Shown in pieces: positions 12,191-26,074 of a stretch of 64,000 nucleotides of DNA (its first letter is position 1; each line of letters starts with the position of its first letter). The notes below the pieces were generated by a model. The model was not told the origin of the DNA, searched no databases, and saw nothing but the letters and a program-made list of their open reading frames with translations. Made by a program: the position numbers and the translations under genes. The stretch is from NCBI RefSeq assembly GCF_036321535.1, contig NC_087437.1:23314001-23378000 (forward strand), written 5' to 3'. This DNA comes from Camelus dromedarius (lineage: Eukaryota).

Positions 12191-15100
12191 ATACATAAGT
12201 CTTGTGGTCTAATACCTGCTATGGCTAAATAAGATGCAGAATATTTGCATCTACTGTTCCCTGGTCCCCTTGAGTTGGCCAAACATCATTTGGGATTTAT
12301 CTAGGTAGAATTCAGACACAGTCTTGGTATCAGATGAGACTTAGCAAGTTGTCTTCTCCAGCAGATTAACTGCCTTCAAATCTGGAATCTGCCTCTTAAC
12401 TGTCTCTTAAACAGGTAAATCTTGTGAGAACTTTTCACTGGGAATATTGCCAGGGAGACAAGCCTGCCATCTTGTTCAAGATCTGAGCTTCTGATGGAGA
12501 AAACTGCCTACCCCAAGATGTACCGCTTAGTTACTGGGGCGGGTGAGGGACGGGAAGTGGGGGAGGAAGAAACGATCATTCTCTTTTCTCCCAGAGACTT
12601 ATTTATTAATAAAACACAATAAATCTCATGGCACAGAACATGAAATTTATTGTATTTTATTTAGAGATTACAAAAGCAAAGGCATAATAAAAAACTGGTG
12701 TCAAAATATGCCTGATTTTGTGGCTCTCCAAAGGCAAATTCGAAACAGAAATGAAAGTGTTTAGTTCAAAATACTTGTAATTAATTTGCTAATTAGTTAA
12801 TTAATTTTCAATTTACTGTAGATTTCCCATCATGAGCCAGTAGCAGTGGTGTTGTATTTTATTCTAAGTGATTGACTGACAAGGTAAAATTTACTTTTCT
12901 CAGTAAAACTTAATACACTGGGCTTTGGATCATTCAACTCTTAAAGGCTAAAGGTGACAATTTTGGCCTTTATTTCAATTACTGTAACTTGTATTTCATT
13001 ACCTAGTTTGGAACAGCAAATGCAATTTCTTCTATGTGTGAACATAGGTTTCTGACACTCTATATGCTTGGAGAGGGTGGTCAGTCTTGAAGACACTAAC
13101 CCCATTGGCAGTGGTCTCATGGTCTTAAGAGTGTTTCCTTGGCAACTGGGAATAACTGAACTTTGCGTTTTGCAAAGAAGTTTGCAAAGGAATCCCAATC
13201 TGATAGCTGCAGATTAAATTCTATTACAAAGACCTATTGATAAAATGTATGTCTACTGAGAGCTGATACAGGACTAGCACTGTTACGGGTGCAGTGGGAG
13301 ACACAATGACATACTTTAACCCTTGCTGGCCTAGAAAGACCGGATAGAGAGATCAGAAACTCATTTTTAGGTATATGTGTCTAAAAGCCCCAAAGACCTC
13401 AAAATCTGACATTCTCAGTCTCAACTAACCAAATGCTCCTTTACTTTTTTTTCCTTACAAAATCCACAGTTTTCCCACTGATACAGGAAGAGAGAATTTA
13501 CATGATAATTATTTTTAGGCCACTGGATGGGGAAAAGGAAGGATTTAGATAGCTGTTGTGAATGATCTGTGCTGAGTGTAGGTAGCTTTAAAGGTAGACC
13601 ATTTATTTACAGCTCCAAAATTACGTGGAAGAAAAATTCACAGAAGCCATTTGACCAGGCTATATGAACCAATGGTATTTTGAGATAGTCTGAGTCTATC
13701 CCATGTTATGAGATACTCATGGTTCTATTACAAAACTACCATTGAGGTAAAAATAAACCTAGCATTGCTAACCCCAAATAAGACAGAGTGACTCATTTCT
13801 AACAGTGCTATCTGGAGACTGGGTCCTTGCTGATGTCTGTGGGAAGTCGTTTAAATGTGGGATGGCAGCAAAATCTAGCCACATAATTATGCAATAGCTG
13901 TGAACTAATGGACTTATAACTGGGGGGTGGAGGTAGGAGGAGAAGCCACATGAAACTATTGCAGAGTAATATAAAACTATATGATAAAATGTCAACTTTA
14001 ATATAATTGTGTTAAAATATGTTCTCCAGAATGAAAATTTTACAAGAATATTCCAAATACTTTTCCTTTCAAATTAATATCTAGTTGCATTGAATACCTA
14101 TTGAAATATGCATACAGTTGCTACACATTATTTTTTAATTAAAGATTTTTATTTATGTAATTTTGTTCTGTAACCCAAATATTTGTTAATTAGATAGCCC
14201 TTATCCACCAAATGATGGGATCCGACTTGCCCTGCCCATCCTATATCTACCCCTTCCTTGGACAGGACAGCCTTGTTCTAAGGCATTTGGACAGAAGACT
14301 GTCTTCATCCTGTTCTGGAGGGGCGCGTGCTGCAGTCTGCCCCCTCCTCTGACATGAAGTTCCTCACGGCCACCCTTGCACCTACATTGTCCCCTTTGCT
14401 ATGGTTTCAGTCTAGAACTACAGAATGGGCATCGTCCCTTCAATCGTATTTTTGCCACTACACTAACTTCTAACACTGGGTTTTAGTGTTTTACATAAGC
14501 AATGAAAGTTTGAGGATAGCCATAGGGACTTACAACACTGAATGGGGAAAGGAGACCTGTAAAATTAGATGTTAAGATGACTTTTCTGGAGTCTAAGGAC
14601 TGAGGATAAAAGAAACTCAGCTAATAATAGGGTTTCTCTCTTGGGAACACCGTGGTTTATGACATTATTTTCCTTTGTTGTAACTGTCCTAGAAGAGTCT
14701 GCTTTCTTTTCTTGCAGTGCAAATGTGTGCTTCTAGTAACCCACTGACTGTTCTCTTCTACCAGTAAATGCCACTCTTACTTCCACCAGGTAATACCCCG
14801 GTCAGTCTATTTGCAGTATCTGAGTTATGCAATCTGGAAAACAGTCTGTGGGGTTTGGGAGGAGTTTGAGCAAAAGAGAAGGAGTTAGAGAAATTGCTCC
14901 TGTCCCTCTCCCTGCCTCCATCCAAGTCTGATAGTCTGATATTCTCTCCTGCTGGCGGCTAACTCTTGGAATGAATGCACTCAAAACACTCAAATATAAA
15001 CATTCCCAAGGAAGGATCATATATGTCAAAGATGAAACACTACAAATCAGTTTAAGATAAATTACAGTCTTCATTTTGGGGAGTAGAAACCTTTGGAAAT

Positions 15101-17934
15101 ATATCACATTATTACGGAATATAATATGTTTCTTTATATTATTATGCAAAATTGTTCTCCCTTTTTTGGTCTCATTCTTAGCTTCCAGACTCTCTCACTA
15201 TGGGGCTTAATTTCTCATATGGCATAGACAAACTTTTAGTATCTTTAACAAAATAGCAGCTTTCCTGCCTTTATTCTAAATTTAATGTGGAGACATCCCA
15301 GTTATGTTCTGAATGCTGACTGGAAGCAAAAATTGTTCATTCCAGGTGATACAGGTCAGTGATACTCCATCCCATCAGAGAGATAGAAGGCCCTTTTGCA
15401 GGGCTCCAGAGTCTGGATTGATATGTCTTGGGAACATTTTAGTAGCTTCTGTTGACTCTGCTCCTTCCTTGAGTTTATCTTAGGAATTTTTGAAAAAGTG
15501 TAGGGCCATTTTACAATTCAAGTTTGGTGTCTGAAACCAGGGTATTCTGGTGAGTCGGACTCTCTGTTTTTTTGTTTTTTGTTTTTTTTTCACATAAAGT
15601 CTTTTGGAGGGCTTCAAATTGATCTGACCACTAAGAAGCTTCTCAAACAGGAAACTTATCACAATCACAAATCAATTCACACAATATTTGAGGCATCTTT
15701 GGCTTCCCTTTGGTCTATTTCTATCTGCAACCCAACATCACTCAACCTTGCCTTTATCTGTGGCTACAAATAGGACTTTGTGAATCTATGTACACCAAGA
15801 TGTCATGAACACTCCATGTTACAATGGCTCTTGACCCCACCCATCCTCATGTAAGACACTACCTTTCAGGATAAACCCTAGTTATAGCAGGAAATGCCCC
15901 CAGAGATGTATCCCACGTGTCATAGAATCAGATACAATTATCACACATAAATGTCTGCTAAGTTGATCTTTCCTCATCTGGCTGCTTCCACTAAGGGAGC
16001 TCAGTCACCTGCAAAGCTGTTAGAAGAAAACTTACTGTTTTCCCAGCTCAAGGTGGCCCACCCAGAGCGTCTTCGTTTATGCTACGGATGCTATCTCCTG
16101 CTAGCCGCTAGTTCTCCAAGTGGAAGGAGGGGCTAGGATGAGGACAATGAAAGAATTTCCTACTTAATCATATGGGCTGCATCGCCTTACAAAGACCCTC
16201 ATGGGAACAGTTCCCTCAGATTGTAGTACTCTCCCAGAACCTACAACTCTTTGGTAAATATATTTCTATTAGTTTCTGGAATTAGCCTTTCCAACTCATT
16301 GATTCACGGGAATAAAGGCCATGTCATCAGCTTCATCGCTGTTCCTCTCGTCCCTGACTTTTTGTTTCCAACAACCATTTTCACTTCTCATGAGGTTGAA
16401 AAAGAATAGTGGCCACATGTTTCACAGTGACGTCAGGTGCTGTGTTTATGTTTGCCCTCCCAGCACAGAGTGGCCTACTAGCAGAATCTCCACCAGCTGA
16501 ACTTGTTATGCACAGTTTTACCATTGTCTTGGGGATCTGTGAGTAACATTTACAGCCAATTAACACTGGCTGGAAAGCAAGGTAAGATTTATGGTTCAAA
16601 CCTGTCTCTTGGCTTGCCTTTTCTTGTCCTAGTTCCATTTTAAAATAATTTTTTATCTTGGCCAGTTCTTTTTTCCTCTGATCCCAGCTTCCTAGAATTG
16701 GTAAACTCTGTCTTTCTCTCTTCCCCATAACCTAACCTTATTTACATTTACTGGGGACCCTCACTATTATTCTCTCTTCCTCCCCAGAGTTTTCTAATAG
16801 CTCAAGAAGAGTCATTTTGCTTGATTCTTGGATTTTTGGTCTCTATTTCTTTTTCATCTTCCTGAGGTTTCAGAACTGGTTGGTAATCTTGCTCCCAGGA
16901 CTACAGTCTACAATGGCTGTTGCATTGGACCTCTGTTGAAGGTTCATTCTGGTGTTTATACTTCCAAGCTTTGGGTAGGGTACATGTTGCTAACCTGTGC
17001 TTTCTGAGTTTACTGTCTGGACGCAGACAGGACCTAGGCCTTTATTATTGAATTCCACTCTAGCACAAAAGGTAATTATTGCTATATTAGATAAGAAGAT
17101 TATTACTTCTGTATTTTCAGAACCATGAGCTTTTATCAGCAGGAAAGATAAAGATAGTTAATTTGAAACAGAAGAGATAAAGAATTAAATGAAGCTAAAA
17201 TGCACTTGAGAGGCTGTATAAGCAGAGATGCCTATTTATATTTTCCTTCTTTAGACATTTCAAAAATACAAAAGTGTCCCTTTGCTCAAACATAGTAGTC
17301 AATATCATAGGAAAATATTTCCTTGATCTTACCCATGTCCCTGAATTATGAAATTAATCCTTTAAGTGCATATTAAATAAGTCTGAAGACAAAGGATTAA
17401 AGGATTAGCTATAATAGCTTTATATATAAATATATTATGAAATCATAAATAAAATATATAGCATGTTAGTATTAATAATATAAACCAAATCTATTTGACA
17501 CCCAGGAGGAGGGAAAACATAGAAAGCTATACAGTTTACTTGATGATACATAAGCTTTATCCTAAATATTCTGGGGGGAATAATAAAGGAAAATACATAG
17601 CCAAAAGGAGTGGAAGATCTTGCTAGCATGATTTGAGTAAATACAAAGAAAAAAAAGAGAGATTAGAAGCTGAGGCAGACAACCACACTAATCGTGCAGC
17701 ATTGAGGTTGGGACTCATGCTTGAGCTTTTGAGAAAGGAAGAGGGTGGATGCAATGGGTGGTGAAGGCTGAAGATCTGAGGAGCAATGACTCAGGAAGCA
17801 GGAGTCAAGACTGATGGCAATTATGTAGGACCAGACAAAGGTGAAAAATACTTTTGTAAATCTCCTCTTATGACAACAATAAAAAAGTACAAATCTTAAG
17901 TTTATGAAATGCAAGAAAATAATTAGACAAGTGT

Positions 17935-18345
17935 TTAAAGATAAAGGATGTTTCTTTCAAAAGTTCCTTACAATGCCAAACACTGGCAACAGTTAAATTG
18001 TCCAACAACATATTCTTTGGTTAAGTAAGTCATGGCACTTCCAAACACTAGAATAGCTTGTAGCCATTAAAATAATGACATAGATTCTATCTTTGCCAGT
18101 ATGTAAATATGTTCACAATATTTATATGTAATAAAGGTAGGCCACAAAACAGCGCTGAAAGCACAGTCCATCTAATTTCATAAAATTATACACACACACA
18201 GATGGGCCCAAAGGAATTATTTTGAAAATGGGTCTCTGGGATAGCGATATTAAAGGTAATTATTATTTTTTCCTTCTTACGTTCTTTAGTGTGTGCTTTA
18301 TAAGCTGTTACTTACAATGACAATGTATCGATTTTACATCAGAAA
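17935..18345 (+). mobile_element. Ancient L1ME-like 3' end
   Basis: aaacactggcaacagttaaattgtccaaca…tagaatagcttgtagccattaaaataatg. Confidence 0.65.
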
Positions 18346-18613
18346 ATGAATGAACTAAAGAATAAAGAAAAGGAAGAATGTGTCAATGAAAAGTCACTGG
18401 TTAAAATGGAAGCTGGGTATTATATGGTCAAAGCATTTGACATTTTCAAAAGATACTGCATTATGAGGAGCAAATAATCTATTCACTTGTTACTGTTTTT
18501 CCCTCCCTTAGAAGCACCAGCACTATTAAAAAATGGTTCAGAAGGATGTAGGCCTCAACTGTTCACTAAACAAGGGCACTTCACAAACTACCATAACATA
18601 GAAGTAATTATAA

Positions 18614-18805
18614 GATTCATAGGATCTGTGCTGACAAGGACCTTAGAGGTTTAGTCTAGCTCCCTCATTTTACACATGAGGATGCTGAGACCCAAAGAGG
18701 GTACTTGATTTACTAAAAATAATACAAGTAATAGAAGCAGAGATAAAACTAAAACTCACGATTCATCTTTTTTTTTTAATTTACAATCTGGACTCCTTCC
18801 ACCAT
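18614..18805 (-). mobile_element. MIR3/MIRc SINE
   Basis: aaggaccttagaggtttagtctagctccctcattttacacatgaggatgctgagacccaaagaggg. Confidence 0.8.
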
Positions 18806-21800
18806 GTCACAATTATTGAAGATGGTAAGATGCAGAAGTGGAAGACGAGAAGAATGAAACTCATTCCTTAATTTTTTATTTTTACTTTAAAATGTTGTTA
18901 GAGTGGGGGAAATACAATTTACCAAGCAATGACAACTTTATGTCAATTTTATGATTTCAGAAAAATCTGACTAATTATCCCAGCTAACAAAAGCATAAAG
19001 ACAATCATGTATGAATTTATAATCTGCTTAGAAATTAATGAGATCACACACACATAATTACGTGTGAATAAATCCAGTCTGAGTTTAAGGTAGAAATGCC
19101 CACATGGCCTATAATCTGAGCTTTACAGTGTGGTTATAAAGAAAAGGAAAGCCAAGGCCGCGTCTCTTGGGCATGTAATGACTGATAATGAATTACAAAG
19201 GACCTTGGTTCCTTTAAAGCTACACTAGAAACCTAATGTCAACCCCAGGATTCCAGTGCCTTTCCTCCCGCAGAGGAAATACATCCACGCTTACATTGCC
19301 TTTCAGGTTATTAATTTGTTTCAAATGTCTGTTTCCTAAACTCTTTGCTAAAGTCATGAAATATTTAACCCATTTTACTTTTATCAGCCTCCAAAATTAT
19401 GTTTACGTGGCCATTGTATGAATGCAGTCTCAGTTTCTGCCATGCAGGATGCTTTCCCTTTCGGCCCTTCTAAAAAGAATCCAAAGAAGGAGTGAATCAA
19501 AACGGGGAAAAAGAAATGAGGACAGACCATCTTGCTCTATGCTGTGAGGAAGAGCAGAAATGAGGTCTGTCGTGGTTTGTCTGTCTTTTAATTGTCATCA
19601 CATTGATCAAATTAAACACATTTAGTTTTATGGAGAGGTCATTATATATGATTCCCCAGGAATTCCAGTGTAATTTCACCCAGCTTGTGCCAAGAGTCAT
19701 ACAGACAGCTGTGTGTAACTCCCCTTCCCCACAATGCCAGTTTCCGATATCCTGATCCTCAGCAGGTGCTGCTGGTTCTTTCTGCTGTCAGCTGTGCCCC
19801 GGAGAGAATGCACTGGGTGTCCACTTAGAGTCCAAATATCCACTTAATGCACAACCTAACGCACAATGGCGCAAGCCACTGGAGACCTTTTAGACATCAC
19901 TTCAATCCAAGAAAACCCCAAGTCAGCTACTTAAAGACTCAGTGATCATTAAGTCTTACTTCTAATGTTTTGTGCAACTGATACCCAGAGTAAATTTTAT
20001 TTTTACCCAAAAAAGACAGTCGAAGCAAATCCAACAAATTTTCTCTTTCGTGACAATTTTAACTTTTGAGATCTATGATGATATCTGACTATTAAATTTG
20101 TTTAAAACACCATTAATCAACATGTTTCTTTTTTCAGTTGATTGATACGAATTTAAATTAGAAACCCACACACATAGCCTATAGTACCCTTTTTAAGAGA
20201 AATACATAAGGACTAAGAACTCACATCTGCAGCTATTTTTTTTAAATATGTAGCTATTTTGAAGACAGTCAAAATACACTGAGAGTCTCCTGCTTATTAT
20301 GTTGCTGTTGTTGCTACATTTTATGTAATCTCTGAAAATGGGTTAAATTAAAAGTACATTTTGTAGGTTATTTTTAAGAGTACTGTTAGATTATTTTTAA
20401 AGCTGTGGTTTGGGATAAGACATGAGTTTATTAAAATGTATTATTTCTTATATTAAAGCCTAATTATGCAAATATATGTGCATATTCTCAACACTTTGTG
20501 TCATGATCGATAAGATACTTACTTTACTTATATAGACCCTACCTCTAAGAGGTAGATAGAATTACCATGAGTAGAACACTGTCTGCATATAGTAAGCATT
20601 CAATCACTGTTAGTTACTATTACTATTATGTCTCCATATGTATGCAGTTTTGCTTTGATCTTTTGGAAAATTAGTATTTTTAAAACAAAATATATGTACT
20701 ATTAAACGTAGAATTGCAGTTAAATATACATACGTAAAAGCTTAAGTAGTATTTCGTTTTTAAGATCTGAAGAAAGGGTATACTTAGAAATTCATTGACG
20801 TAGAAACTCATTTAGTGGAGCAGTCAAACACAGAGGCCCATTATTACTGACTACCTCTGTGGAAAAAATGTCTATTTATGTGACTGTAATGTATTCTTAC
20901 AGTTTTGAGAAATCAGCATGATCATGAAGATGACCAAAAAGATGAACTCATGTGAACTCTGTTAACTGGTTGTTTTCATGGAGAAGATACCCTGAGTCCA
21001 CATCTACTACACTGACTTTACAGAAAAGGTCGGTAATTTGGAACAAATGTGCCTCTTAAATGACAGCCTTGTGATGATAGGAGAGAAACATTTACCATAA
21101 AGCAAGAAGAAAAATGTTCCTAGATCATTACATGCTACTTGTCCTATATTGCAAAATCCATGTCACAATTCCCTTTCCTGAGATACTAGCATAATCTTAA
21201 CATGCACGTGTGCATGTGTGTGTAAGAGAATAAAAACCTGTTTTTATCCTTAATTTTACCTTGAAAACCTATCTCTATATTCTCCTTGAATTAGACTGAT
21301 AAAGGACTGATTACAGACTCTCGCTTTATAAAGTGGAGCTAGAGTAAGTTTTCCCCCTCCTCAACAAGTGAGCCTTTACACAGAGAAGAGAAACTCTAAG
21401 GGTGAAGGTGAAATACTGATACGTGTTATTGCTGCCTCCTGTCCTCCATGCACCACATATGTTTGGAAGAAAGAGGAGCATCCTAAGCCAAAGCCAGGAG
21501 TAACCGTGACCCATGAATCCACACAGGATCTCATACCATTAGATGGCAACAACTCGGGGGGGGGGGGGGAGCAACTGGTCCCTAAGTGAACTGTTTTCTT
21601 TCTTGTGCAGACAAAGAAGGAAATTTAGAAAAGAGACTCTCAGAGAGGGTTATATCCTGGGACACCAGACTGGCCCTGAGACTTGAACACTAGGCCTTTG
21701 TTTTTAAGATGTCAGTTGGACTTAGTCCTAACTTCTGTGGAGTCTCGCCAGGAGTCCTGGGGCTGGACTTTACAAACGCAATGACTAATCAAATCTTCCA

Positions 21801-22409
21801 AAATACAGTGCTAAAAGCCAATTACACTCTTGCACTTCAACCATAACACTGGCTGCAAACTGAATCTGTTGTGCTGTAATCAAATTGCCACTATCTTTTT
21901 TTGTTGTTGTTAAAGTGTATGAGCTTCAAATAATTTCCATAACAGTTGGTGAACAAGGAGAGAGAGTTTTATTAGAAAGTGGTGTTTACTCCAGCAGTCC
22001 CAGGAATCAGCTGTCCAGGGGGAGCCCCTGACAAGCTGCTACCTTACAGGATTCTTATGCAGACTAAATGAGATAAAGATGTAAAGGAATTTGATAAACT
22101 AAAAAATCGTATAAGATATATAATTAACCTTATCATTTACAGAATTTACAGGCAATGTTTTCTTGCCTGTTTAGGGCTCTCTATATAAATGCATTATTAT
22201 TTAAGATATTATAAGAATTCTTCAAGATCCAACAGTTGAGCAGTGCTTTCTCTTTTCAGATTTTATAAAACTATGTAAATTGTAAATGATCAGGTAATAA
22301 ATAAACACTCAATATGCCCATCTTTCTTGGTAGATTCTTTGGCTGCACACAAATGAGGATGATGTGATCCCCAATCTTAGGAAAGAAGGGATGAAAACTT
22401 CCATTTCCT

Positions 22410-24050
22410 TATCAACAAGCATTTTCTAAGTACCTCTAATGTATAACATCACTGTTATCAGGGTTTGAGGGAGATGCTGGTAAGCAACCCATGGTTCCAC
22501 TTTCCAGGAAGGGATTAGATATGATCCTAGGGATATACTGGTCGAGGGAAAGGATAACTAGTTCTCCTAGAAGAAAGCTTGAGAGGTTCCATCAAAGTGG
22601 GAAGGAAAGGGAACTTCTAAAGGGAAAATCTAAGGGAAATTTTTTTGGTGGTGGCATATGATGTGGACTTTGAAGCATGATAATAACTTTCAAAGAGGAA
22701 TGTGGGAACGTTAAGTCTAGAGACCTAGATAAGGCTGAAACTGTAGACGACTGTATAAGGCAGAGTGAGAATTTTAAAGTGTATTTCCTTTTTTGAACTT
22801 GGGGAAGAGGGATGTAGGAGGTAATTAAAGATTTTTGAAATGGTGATATAACATGACCAGATTTCTGTTTTTAGAAAAGATACTTGGTTTGGAGAATCCA
22901 TTGGAGGTCAATATGAAGACTAGAACAGCGAAATAAACCACAGGATATAATTCAGGGAAATGTAAGTGCTACACTGGAAAATGTGATCATCAGGAATTTA
23001 GATAAGGAAAAGACCGATATGGATAGGAGTAACATAAGTCTTCCTGGGAAAAGGAGAATTTATAATAATTCTAGAAGCACTCACTCATTCATTCAAGAAG
23101 TAATTATTGAGTAAATAATGTATAGTAACATTGTTGAGTCCTCAAGTATATTACATTCTGGTTGGTGGGGACAGACAACTAAAAGAAAATTAGAATTTAG
23201 TATGATTAAAAACTTTAATGTGGAATGAGTGTGTACTGGAGGAAAGGGGGCATTTTCAAGACGCACATAGTCTATTCTTCAGAGGAAGGGACATTTTCTT
23301 AGAAGAAAATTAATCTAAAATATCAATATGATTTATTCAAAGTGGAGAAGGGATGGAAGAATACCTGGAAGGAGGAGGAGTTCAAGAAAAAGTCTGAGAT
23401 GAGGATGCTCTAGAAATCAGAGCAGTCTTCTAGGATTAGAACTTAGAGCAAGCCCAGGACAGGTCCAGGAGATATTACAGTGAAGAGATAAGGCCAAAGA
23501 AATAAAGCCCTTAAAAATCCATGTTAAGGAGAGAAGGGGGAAATCCACTTAGGGGTTTTAAGCATGGTTATAGGTGCATTTTTGAAAATTTACTTAGGCA
23601 GTACTTTGGAGAATGGATTGGACAGAATAAGAATAAGGCTAGAATCAGGAAAATAAGGCATGAAGCTCTTCCGTTATCTCACAGGACCACTACCTTTGTG
23701 ATAGCTTCAAAAAGGACAGCTGTATTGGGAATGGAGAAAAGTGACTGTTTGCTGTTGAGGCTGTGGATTCAACTGGACTTGACTGACTGGGAGGAGTGAG
23801 GGAGAGAACAAGGTAGGACTCAGGGATGACAACTGGATTACCAGCTTGGGCAGATGGATAGATTCTGTTACTATCCAGTGACAGAAAATTACAGGAAAGG
23901 AACAGGTGTTTAGAGGATGATGAAAGATTAAGTTTGGGGCACAATGAATTTGAAGAGTGTGAGAGCCATCTAAGCTGACATTGAGCTGTTTTAAAGGAAA
24001 ATTCAAAAGAGAAACTGGTACTGACAAAACAATTTTGTGATTCATCAGTG
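22410..24050 (-). mobile_element. Cluster of L2 fragments
   Basis: Reverse L2 tails at ~22410 and ~23080 (cactcactcattcattcaagaagtaattattgagt); purine-rich body with ggactcagggatgacaactggatt…cttgggcagatggatagat. Confidence 0.65.
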
Positions 24051-24664
24051 AATACGTGTCAATCCTTTAACAGGGAGTGTAAAAATCCCTCTAAAATTAA
24101 AAGTAAAACTTCGTGTCCACGGGTCCGTGCATAAATATCTAGGGAGACAATCTGCATCTTTCTACAGATTTTTAAGAAGTGTTACCAAGTAAAATGTTCA
24201 TAATAAATTATTAAGAGCAGATGGCAAGTAAACCTATGACACAGGGTCATGTGACTCAAAGTTAGGATGCAAATTGAGAGGAAGATCTCGAACATTACTT
24301 GAAGGAAGACTAGCATTTAGGGGATGGAAAAAAAAAGTAGAGAAATTCCTTAAAAAAAAAACACACAAAAACTGAGATTGGACTGGAGAAGAGAAAAGGA
24401 TGGTGCTTGGAGCTCTAATGATAGAGGTAGGACCTTATGAGGACCCCAACCATCAAAAATACATCACATTAGGTAGGTTGGGTCAGGGGAGCACACTTTG
24501 TGTGTCAGAAGTTTAAAATCACAGATTTCAGGGTGACAGTTGGCCCAGTGTCTTCAGTTCTCTGGTATATAAAAGAAATGTACTACTTTTCAATTTTTAG
24601 CTTTTTCTTGTAAGCACAGGAGTGATGATACCCAATTCTTTATATATGGACCTAATAAGGAAGC

Positions 24665-25072
24665 CTCTGGTCAGTCTATTTTTTGATGAAGCTAGAAAGA
24701 CAAATCACTGAAGAAAGAAAAGTATTTTCAACAGAGTCTGTTAGAACAACTGGACATCCCATTAGAGAAAATAAACTTTCTACTATACTTCACATCTTAT
24801 AAGACATTAAATCAAAACAGATAATACAGATAAACGTAAAATGTAGAAATGTTCATCTTTTTGAAGAGAACGTAAGAGAAAACTTTCTGACATTGAGTCC
24901 CGCAAAGAATTCTTAAATTACAGCATCAAAGGCATGACCCACACATGGGGAATAAAAAAGAGCCCAATAAACTGGGCCTCATCAAAATTTAAAACTTTTG
25001 CTCTGTGAAAGACATTATCGAAAGAATAAAAAGAAAATCTAAAGGCAGATTTTTAAATGCAAATCACATTTG
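24665..25072 (+). mobile_element. Old L1M ORF2 fragment
   Basis: ggtcagtctattttttgatgaag…ttttcaacaga…aacaactggacatcc…ctcatcaaaatttaaaacttttgctctgtgaaagaca. Confidence 0.8.
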
Positions 25073-25769
25073 TTTATGGGGGAGATTTCTTTGACAGAAG
25101 ATTATAAGGGAAGGTAGTTCTCTAAACTAATTCTAAGTTGCACCTCTGGGACAGAAGTTGAACCATATCCTATACAGTTATAGCCAGAATAAAAGCTCTA
25201 AGCATATCCTGACTTTCTGTAAAACTAAAAAGCCAACTATAGCAAACATAAGTTACTTATCATGGAAGCAAACACAGATGATCAAGTACAAAATTCACCA
25301 CAAGATAAAGAATCAGCAAACCCTTGAAGAATGCCAACAACATGAAAGAGAATCATTAAATTTAATAAACAGAGTAACCAACACCAAATAGCACTGAGTG
25401 AATAAAACAAACCAAAGGAAATTTATAGTAAATATTTATCTTTTCCAGCAAGAGTGAAGATATTTCATTCAGAAAGTAAGAACAGATTATAATGAGAAAT
25501 AAATAATTACTATCCATGGAAACAAAATCAATATATAGGCTGGACAACAGAATCATTGTATCTAAAGTAAAAATTTATCAATTGGAAGATTAAACAAGTT
25601 ACAAAATTATACAACTTGATTTTTAGACTAGCCCACATTAACATTCAAAATGTTTGAGGGAAACAGATTTTTATATTTAAGAAATCAGAATCATTATATT
25701 ATTATAATGTTATATCAGACATTAATTGTAACACTTTCATATTATTTCTAAAATAATTATCAGTTTTTT

Positions 25770-26045
25770 ATAAGCTAACATTTCTATGAAGTTATATATA
25801 TACACCAAGTGTTATTCCAGGAATTTTATACACATTATAACATTTTATCCCCAAAACTAAAAAAAAAAAAAAATGAAGAAAGAAACATTCAGAAATATAT
25901 GATTCTTATCCATGCTTTAAGATAGAAGTAACAGAGACACAAATAGTTAGGTACTGTAATTGGTGTCATACTGGTTGATAGTGGTGGAAATAAGATTTAA
26001 ATGTAAGTTGCTTGAGCTTAGAGTGTGCACTCTTAATCACTATGT
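25770..26045 (-). mobile_element. MIR SINE with an internal A-rich expansion
   Basis: agctaacattt…agtggtggaaataagatttaaa…cttagagtgtgcactcttaatcactatg. Confidence 0.65.
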
Positions 26046-26074
26046 CAAACATTTGAAAGCTAAAAATGAAACCC

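Noticed and set aside
13805..13897. DVCGKSFK zinc-finger-like peptide
   Set aside because: Lacks the first Cys and the paired His; stop follows shortly
20903..20955. Acceptor followed by LRNQHDHEDDQKDELM*, resembling a KDEL terminal exon
   Set aside because: KDEL is not C-terminal, no linked upstream coding exon was found, and the peptide is unrecognised
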